Shown here: piece after piece, positions 16,330-21,965 of the stretch
How positions within the stretch are numbered: position 1 is the stretch's first letter
How the letters are laid out: each line of letters begins with the position of its first letter
Source: Candidatus Latescibacterota bacterium
GTDB lineage: Bacteria > Latescibacterota > UBA2968 > UBA8231
Length of the DNA: 21,965 nucleotides
Assembly: GCA_965242865.1 (NCBI GenBank)
Contig: CBDETK010000012.1
Coordinates: 1 to 21,965, forward strand
Direction of reading: 5' to 3'
Translations under genes and position numbers: made by a program
Notes under the pieces: generated by a model
The model's input: only the letters and a program-made list of their open reading frames with translations
Database searches by the model: none
What the model was told of the DNA's origin: nothing

Positions 16330-18890
16330 CCGTCGCTCAACTGCTCAACGCGATACGGGCCGCGCCCGAAGGCGAGGTCGTCAGCGCCCAACTGACGGCG
16401 ATTGGCACGCGCCTGTTGGCGGTCGGGCGTGCGCTGGTCGATACCTACGCGCCGCTGGCCCCCGAAGACGTGCGCGACGAGGCGGTTATTAGGGTGGCTG
16501 GCTATCTCTACGACGCGCCCAACGTGACGCGCTCTGGGGTGGCCTGGAACGAAAGCGGAGCGCACGCGCTGGTCGACCCGTGGGTACAGCGCGGCGTTGC
16601 GCCGGTCGATTTTGACTTGACGGCCGTGGCCGCGGCCAGCCAGGGCGCGGGCGTGGACGAAGATGCGGTCGAAGCGATTGTGCGGCGGCTGGTTGCCGAC
16701 TGGGCCGAAGCCGATAGTTCGGCTGCCGTCCCAGAAGCGAAGCTGCCCAGCGATTCAACCGCGTTCATCGAACTGGGCAGCTTTGTGTTCAATGCCTCTG
16801 GCACCACGTTCGTAGACAGCAATATTGCTCTGCCGGCTGCCGGCTGGATTATAATCGACTTCGATGGGGGCCGAACGTTTTGGATTGACAGCGCTAAGTT
16901 CCGACTGGGCCGCGCCCAAGTCGCAGGCGCTGCGCCGGCTGCCGGGGATTCGCTTCAATTTCCCGGTGCCATCGGGCATGGCTCCGTCTTTATTGATATT
17001 TGGCTGGGCCACACCGCCGCTCAAAACATCTTGGTCAGCAATCGAAGGGGCTCAGGTGCGACCGGGTTTAGTGTCTATCGCGTATCGATTGGCTCCAGTA
17101 GCGGCGGTTTAACCCAAGCGCAGGTCGATGCGCGCATTGGCGCCCGCGTCGAGGCGTGGGCTACGCAAGGCTCAGGGGATACGCCGGCCGCGGCCGATTT
17201 AGCCGACAACCCGAACGTGGGCCAAGTGCTCAAGGCCGCGTCCGACGGCGACGCGGAATGGGCCAATGAATCCGGGGGCCTCACGCAAGCCCAGGTCGAC
17301 GCCCGCGTGGCGGCCGTCGAGGGACCTGACCCAGCTACGTGGGCCGAAGACGGCAACGCGGACCAAATCCCCGCCAACAAGCTGGCCAACGCCCCGTCGG
17401 GCGGGGGCGGCCTCACTCAAGCGCAGGTCGACGCCCGGGTACAGGCCGGCGTCAAGGACAAAGCCGAGACCGGCGGCGGCAAGTGGGCCTACCCGGACGA
17501 TTATATCCTGCCGCAGGGCCTCGAAGCCCTGAACCGCGTCATGGCCGCCGGCGGCTGGGAAGCCCGTTCAGGCGACCTACAGGTGTCGGGGCCGCGGGCG
17601 GCGACGTGGAACGCCAACCAAGCGACCGCGGCCTCCTTCGCCGACAGCGTCCAGCACGGCACGAGCCAAGAGAACTGGTATGTCTTAGTGCGGGCAGCCA
17701 ACAGCTTAGGCAACGACCCCGCGAAATTTCGGCTCAACATCGACGACGACCTCTATCAGTCCCTGATGGGCGTGGCCGAAGTGTTCGACTCGGCTAATGC
17801 CATGTGGTACTATTTCGCCGTCCAAGTGTCGCGGCTGCCGGCCGGGGCTGTCGTCACAGCCGAGTATGACGAAGACGTTGAGCTGGGCGCGGATGTCGAT
17901 GTCAATGCGCCCAACGTCAAAGGCAATCTGACGGACGCTCGCATTGCCGCGGCCCGGGTGGACGGACTGGACGCGGCCATCGACCAGCGCGCCCCGCGGA
18001 CCGCGGGGCTGGTAGAGCTGCACAACGGGGTGATGGGCGCGCCGACGCTGGTCGATCTGTCGGGCCACCGCTATTCCGTGCGGCAGGCGACGACGTTTGA
18101 CCTCGACGATCATCCGCAAGGGGTGTTCGAGTTCGAGGTGCGGCTGACGCTATCGGAAACCAGGGTCCCAATCAACCTGTCGCTTGCCAGCGACAGCGTC
18201 ACTCGGACCGCGACGATTGAAGGGCTTTTGACGGCCACCGCGCTGAGCGCGTCCGCGGCCGCGGCCAACCCGGGGGCTGGCGTGGGACTCGTACAGGGGG
18301 AGGCGTCCCTGTACAGCGGCAGTGCCCTGCAAGGCAAGGTCAAATTCTACGTCGCGAAAGATGCCAACAACGTCGTCTGGAGCTATTTGGAGTACGATGG
18401 GGAGGCGACGGCGGTCAGTGGGAACGGGGCGTTGACGGCGAACTTGGTGTTCGACTTTCAGCGGTCGGATGGAGGGGGCGCCGCCGGCCCTAGTAGCCCC
18501 TGGACGCTAGAGGACTCGAGCGTCAACAACTACAACATGAACCAGACAACTGGTAGAACACACACCGTAAACACCGATCTGGTCCTGCCTGCCGATTGGC
18601 AGAATAAGTTTTTTATGATTACGAACTATAACGGCCCGACCTTTTTCTTCCGTGGTGGTGACTCTGCCCTAGTCGGTGGCTATGTCAGCTCGTCGCCTAG
18701 GAGGGTGCAAATTTGGGATTCAGAGGTGTCTTCGCTCTATATCGGCCGCACGTCTGCGGCCCTGCCTCGAAACCTGAGCTTTTACTCGAGCAGTAAAAGG
18801 CGTAGTGGGCCGACCTCTGGATCCAATGCACAGTACATGAGGATACTCATATCGCAGCCCCGGCTGTATTCGCAAGTGCTGCCGACGTAA
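16320..18890 (+). CDS. Head-tail adaptor / fibre fusion (copy 2)
   Basis: Identical to 5815..8385. Confidence 0.75.
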   Translation: MALTVAQLLNAIRAAPEGEVVSAQLTAIGTRLLAVGRALVDTYAPLAPEDVRDEAVIRVAGYLYDAPNVTRSGVAWNESGAHALVDPWVQRGVAPVDFDLTAVAAASQGAGVDEDAVEAIVRRLVADWAEADSSAAVPEAKLPSDSTAFIELGSFVFNASGTTFVDSNIALPAAGWIIIDFDGGRTFWIDSAKFRLGRAQVAGAAPAAGDSLQFPGAIGHGSVFIDIWLGHTAAQNILVSNRRGSGATGFSVYRVSIGSSSGGLTQAQVDARIGARVEAWATQGSGDTPAAADLADNPNVGQVLKAASDGDAEWANESGGLTQAQVDARVAAVEGPDPATWAEDGNADQIPANKLANAPSGGGGLTQAQVDARVQAGVKDKAETGGGKWAYPDDYILPQGLEALNRVMAAGGWEARSGDLQVSGPRAATWNANQATAASFADSVQHGTSQENWYVLVRAANSLGNDPAKFRLNIDDDLYQSLMGVAEVFDSANAMWYYFAVQVSRLPAGAVVTAEYDEDVELGADVDVNAPNVKGNLTDARIAAARVDGLDAAIDQRAPRTAGLVELHNGVMGAPTLVDLSGHRYSVRQATTFDLDDHPQGVFEFEVRLTLSETRVPINLSLASDSVTRTATIEGLLTATALSASAAAANPGAGVGLVQGEASLYSGSALQGKVKFYVAKDANNVVWSYLEYDGEATAVSGNGALTANLVFDFQRSDGGGAAGPSSPWTLEDSSVNNYNMNQTTGRTHTVNTDLVLPADWQNKFFMITNYNGPTFFFRGGDSALVGGYVSSSPRRVQIWDSEVSSLYIGRTSAALPRNLSFYSSSKRRSGPTSGSNAQYMRILISQPRLYSQVLPT

Positions 18891-19315
18891 TGGCCAACCC
18901 TACCCTTTTTAATCGAGCCGTCCGCGACATCGTTTGGGACGAGATGAAAAACGGGCGCACCGGCTTGGAGCTGGTAGCCAGCATGCCCGAACGCACGGGC
19001 AATCTGAAACGGTCGTACCGGGTCACTCGGCCCAACAGCCGCACGGTGCGCGTTTCGTTCCCCGGAGCGGATTATTTGGTTCTGCCGGTCATACGTGTCC
19101 GGTTCAACGAAAAAAATCAGCGGCTGGCTGCGGCGGTGTTCGACGCGGAGCGCTTGGCTGTTCGCCGTCGCCAGAGCGACATCGCCCAAGCCGTCTTTAT
19201 GTTCTTGGGCGCTCACTTCGCTCGAGAATTTTCTCAAGCGAGCGACCCCAACTTCTTCTTCAGTATCAACAGACAGCTGCGCGTCGCGGGGCGCACCGTA
19301 AACCTCACGAGGTGA
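18890..19315 (+). CDS. HK97 gp10-like protein (copy 2; two substitutions)
   Basis: As 8385..8810 except FFFSINRQLRVAG versus FFFRINRQLRFAG. Confidence 0.6.
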   Translation: MANPTLFNRAVRDIVWDEMKNGRTGLELVASMPERTGNLKRSYRVTRPNSRTVRVSFPGADYLVLPVIRVRFNEKNQRLAAAVFDAERLAVRRRQSDIAQAVFMFLGAHFAREFSQASDPNFFFSINRQLRVAGRTVNLTR

Positions 19316-19318
19316 AAA

Positions 19319-19450
19319 ATGGGCGATTGGCTCCTCCAAGAAGGCATTGACCTGTTCGACGTGCTCACCGTGGTCTGCACGGCCATGTTGACGAAGTTGA
19401 TACACGCCGAGCGTCACCGCCGCAAGCGCGAGCGGAAGCATCACAAGTGA
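19319..19450 (+). CDS. 43-aa putative membrane peptide (copy 2)
   Basis: Identical to 8814..8945. Confidence 0.65.
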   Translation: MGDWLLQEGIDLFDVLTVVCTAMLTKLIHAERHRRKRERKHHK

Positions 19451-20571
19451 AGGCCCTCGATTGGTTTCGGCCCGCGGTCCTCCGCCAGCGCGTCCATCAA
19501 CTCGCGCTCGCCGAGTGGCGCGCCATTTCCTTCTCCTCCGCCATCGAGCGCGCCGTCGAGGAGCAGGCCCAAGCCAGCGGCGAAGCCATCCGCGCGGGGC
19601 TGGCTGCCCAAGAAGCCTGCGCCGGTCTCTGGGAGCGCGCGTTTGCCTCCGCGACCGTGCGCGGGCGCCGAGCGCAGGGCGTGTGCGGCCCGTCGATGCT
19701 CGCGCTGGTAGCCCGCGAATTTGTCTATACGGGCGAAAGCTGTTGGCTGTTGGAGGTGCTCGATGATGGGATGCTGGCCGCTGGGATTGCTTCGTCGTGG
19801 GAGGTCAACGGCCCGGGCGTCTATCCCCAGCGCTGGCGCTATCGGCTCGACGTGCTGGGGCCTTCGGGCAACCGCACGCGCCGCGCGAACTGGGATGGCG
19901 TGCTGCATTTTATGATTGGCCGCCGCCCTGAGCAGCCCTGGAAGGGCCAAGCCCCGCTGGAGCGCGCATCGGCTACCCAACGTCTAGCCAACCTGCTGGA
20001 GACGCGGCTGGGCGAAGAAGCGGCCGCCCAGGTAGGCAATATCATTGCCTTGCCGCGCGACCCATCCCCGCGGCAAAAGCCCGACGGCACGATGTACGAT
20101 CCGCTGGAAGACACCCGCAAAGCACTAGGCAGTATCCGCGGCAAAACGGTGCTCGTCGAGACGACGGCCAGCGGCTGGGGCGAAGGCCGCTTTTCCGCGC
20201 CGCGGCAGGACTGGACACCCCAGCGGATAGGCCCCAATCCCCCCGACAGCCTAGGGACGCTCCGCGTAGAAGTCAGCCGCATCATCACCGCGGCGTTGGG
20301 CGTACCGCCCGCGTTACTCGAAGAAAGTTCGGACGGAACCAGCCAGCGCGAGAGCTGGCGACGCTTCCTGCATGGCACGATTCAGCCCGTAGCTGAAATC
20401 GTAGCTGAAGAGCTGTCGATCAAGCTGGACGAGCGCGTGCAACTCAATTTCGACCGCCTGTTCGCGTCCGACTTAAGCGGTCGTGCACGTGCGTTTCAGA
20501 GTATGGTTGGGGGGGGTATGGCGGTGGATAAAGCGGCGGCCCTTTCGGGCCTAATGGAACAAGAGGCATGA
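19447..20571 (+). CDS. Portal protein (copy 2)
   Basis: Identical to 8942..10066. Confidence 0.9.
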   Translation: MKALDWFRPAVLRQRVHQLALAEWRAISFSSAIERAVEEQAQASGEAIRAGLAAQEACAGLWERAFASATVRGRRAQGVCGPSMLALVAREFVYTGESCWLLEVLDDGMLAAGIASSWEVNGPGVYPQRWRYRLDVLGPSGNRTRRANWDGVLHFMIGRRPEQPWKGQAPLERASATQRLANLLETRLGEEAAAQVGNIIALPRDPSPRQKPDGTMYDPLEDTRKALGSIRGKTVLVETTASGWGEGRFSAPRQDWTPQRIGPNPPDSLGTLRVEVSRIITAALGVPPALLEESSDGTSQRESWRRFLHGTIQPVAEIVAEELSIKLDERVQLNFDRLFASDLSGRARAFQSMVGGGMAVDKAAALSGLMEQEA

Positions 20572-20603
20572 TCGAAATTCTCGACTGGACTTCATAAGCC
20601 GTA

Positions 20604-20637
20604 CAAACGAACGATAATAGGATTTATCGTTAGTTTG
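20604..20637. other. dif-like inverted repeat (copy 2)
   Basis: Identical to 10099..10132. Confidence 0.5.
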
Positions 20638-20772
20638 GATCGTTCTTCATAGGGGAAAAACGAGAGCGTTTATTCGGCTTTTATCCGCTCTTCTGTCCCC
20701 ATTAGCTGGCCATCGATCCAGCATTCCGGTGCCGACAGGGGTAGCGACGGGCGATTTAGCCAAGTCGCTAAA

Positions 20773-20943
20773 CTAATTTAATGCGATGCCTCTCCAGCGC
20801 GGCTTACGCCCTCGATTGTGAATAGTAATCGAGCAAAAGCCTATCACCGTTTTGAATTTTCCGATGGGAGTGCGCAGCTGAAGTCGTATCCTCAGCGGCA
20901 CCTCGTCGTCGAGCGGAATGTATAGCCACGTTTCAAGCTGCAT
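20773..20943 (-). CDS. Hypothetical 56-aa protein (second occurrence)
   Basis: Identical to 10268..10438. Confidence 0.5.
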   Translation of the reverse strand: MQLETWLYIPLDDEVPLRIRLQLRTPIGKFKTVIGFCSITIHNRGRKPRWRGIALN

Positions 20944-21514
20944 GACCGATCGCCTCTTGCCAGACAGCGACGGTCCGGCGCGCCCAACCATGCAGGAAGC
21001 GTTGATTACTCGGACGATCCCGTACCGAGTCGCAGTACAGGGCTATGCAGGCTATGCAGTAGCCCTTCTGCATGTCGGATGCGTTGAGGTCCGGTGACAA
21101 CCAGTCCTCTACGGCCTGCCGGGTATTCCTGCCCCACAGCCCATCGACGAACTTCGGCGACCCCAACAGGGGATTCGTCCACACCACCAATTGCTGCAGG
21201 GCGGCGATGGCGCGCTTGGGGCTGGTTGCGGCCATGTGCGCGTACTGAAGCTGCAACGGCCTCGGCACGTGCTCGATATGGTTGGACTTCAGGTAAGTAT
21301 CCCAAAAACGCAGCAGCATGGGCATCAGCAAGTCTTGCAAGTCTGGCGAGTTCTTATTGCCGGTCCAGCGGTCCACTTCGTCCCAGCCTTCCCAGCCGGG
21401 ATTGTAGTGCCGGGCAATGCCGGCATAGGTCTCGCCGCCGCTGTCGTTGGGGTCGTTGACGTAGCCGCCCTCCGATTTGAGGACGGAAACGAGGATGGCA
21501 TGCTCTACCATCAT
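20933..21514 (-). CDS. GH108 lysozyme/endolysin (copy 3)
   Basis: Identical translation to 4..585. Confidence 0.92.
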   Translation of the reverse strand: MMVEHAILVSVLKSEGGYVNDPNDSGGETYAGIARHYNPGWEGWDEVDRWTGNKNSPDLQDLLMPMLLRFWDTYLKSNHIEHVPRPLQLQYAHMAATSPKRAIAALQQLVVWTNPLLGSPKFVDGLWGRNTRQAVEDWLSPDLNASDMQKGYCIACIALYCDSVRDRPSNQRFLHGWARRTVAVWQEAIGHAA

Positions 21515-21678
21515 CGCTCCTTTCTTTGCGCGCGCTCGCGTTTACGCTTATTCCGCGCGGCCAAGTTCCGCAGATTCATGGCGTGGCGCTTTGAGCAGTG
21601 CGGCGAGCACGTCTTGATGCGAGGGTTTAAGGCACGGCGATACCCATCGATTGGGCTGCCGCAGACTGCACAGTTCAT
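21511..21678 (-). CDS. Small Cys4 zinc-binding protein (copy 3)
   Basis: Identical to 582..749. Confidence 0.75.
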   Translation of the reverse strand: MNCAVCGSPIDGYRRALNPRIKTCSPHCSKRHAMNLRNLAARNKRKRERAQRKER

Positions 21679-21740
21679 AGAGCCTCCTGATTGCACAGAC
21701 AAATAAATATGATGTGTCTGCGGATGTCCAGCACTTTTTT

Positions 21741-21926
21741 TTATCCACAAATCCACAGCCCCTAGTACTACGATCCAAGGCTGTGGATTTGTCCTTACCA
21801 CTACTAGGGGCTGTGGATTTGTGGACCCGCCTATGAAGGAAGGATGTAGAAAGGATGTGGAAAGAATGTGGAAAACTAGCGATGCCCATACATCTTGCTA
21901 TCTTTTCCACAAGATGGTGTGGAAAG
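21741..21926. promoter_or_regulatory. DnaA-box cluster, putative origin (copy 3)
   Basis: Identical to 812..997. Confidence 0.75.
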
Positions 21927-21965
21927 GGGACGGCGGGGGCGGCGGCGGGGACCCCTGCGGCGGTC

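Larger units (their letters stand above)
10425..20929. mobile_element. Complete 10,505-bp unit of a capsid-forming phage/satellite-like element (copy 2)
   Basis: Full repeat period containing TerL, HNH, capsid, protease, neck proteins, portal and lysozyme. No host genes are present. Confidence 0.9.
20930..21965. repeat. Tandem unit copy 3 (partial, 1,036 bp)
   Basis: Matches 10425-11460. The window ends inside the G-rich segment. Confidence 0.98.

Noticed and set aside
10425-20929. Calling the unit a standard cf-PICI, gene transfer agent or decayed prophage
   Set aside because: It has no integrase, AlpA or primase as in PICIs and no tail cluster or host context as in gene transfer agents. 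The genes are intact and coupled, with no visible pseudogenes.

Overview
The window is about 2.1 head-to-tail copies of one 10,505-bp unit (1-10424, 10425-20929, 20930-21965). No host flanking DNA is present, so this is most likely a small circular or concatemeric mobile element. Copy 1 lacks an 81-bp G-rich segment and differs by two substitutions. The plus strand carries a tightly packed HK97-type head/packaging operon in a non-canonical order: large terminase, HNH, head-closure-like protein with a large insertion, major capsid protein, prohead protease, head-tail adaptor fused to a ~760-aa fibre-like extension, HK97 gp10-like protein, a 43-aa membrane peptide, and portal. A divergent minus-strand operon encodes a small Cys4 protein, a GH108 lysozyme and a 56-aa ORF. 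I recognise no integrase, Rep/primase/helicase/polymerase, small terminase, tail tube or tape measure. The main intergenic region holds about 10 DnaA-box-like motifs, including two convergent copies of a box-box-GC spacer-trio module resembling the basal unwinding element of bacterial oriC. The other intergenic region holds a dif-like inverted repeat with a 6-bp spacer. Working hypothesis (inference): a minimal, tail-less, Rep-less capsid-forming element that mimics the host chromosome's cis-sites (DnaA origin, possibly an Xer site) and carries attachment domains on its neck proteins. All protein calls come from motif recognition by eye, not database searches.
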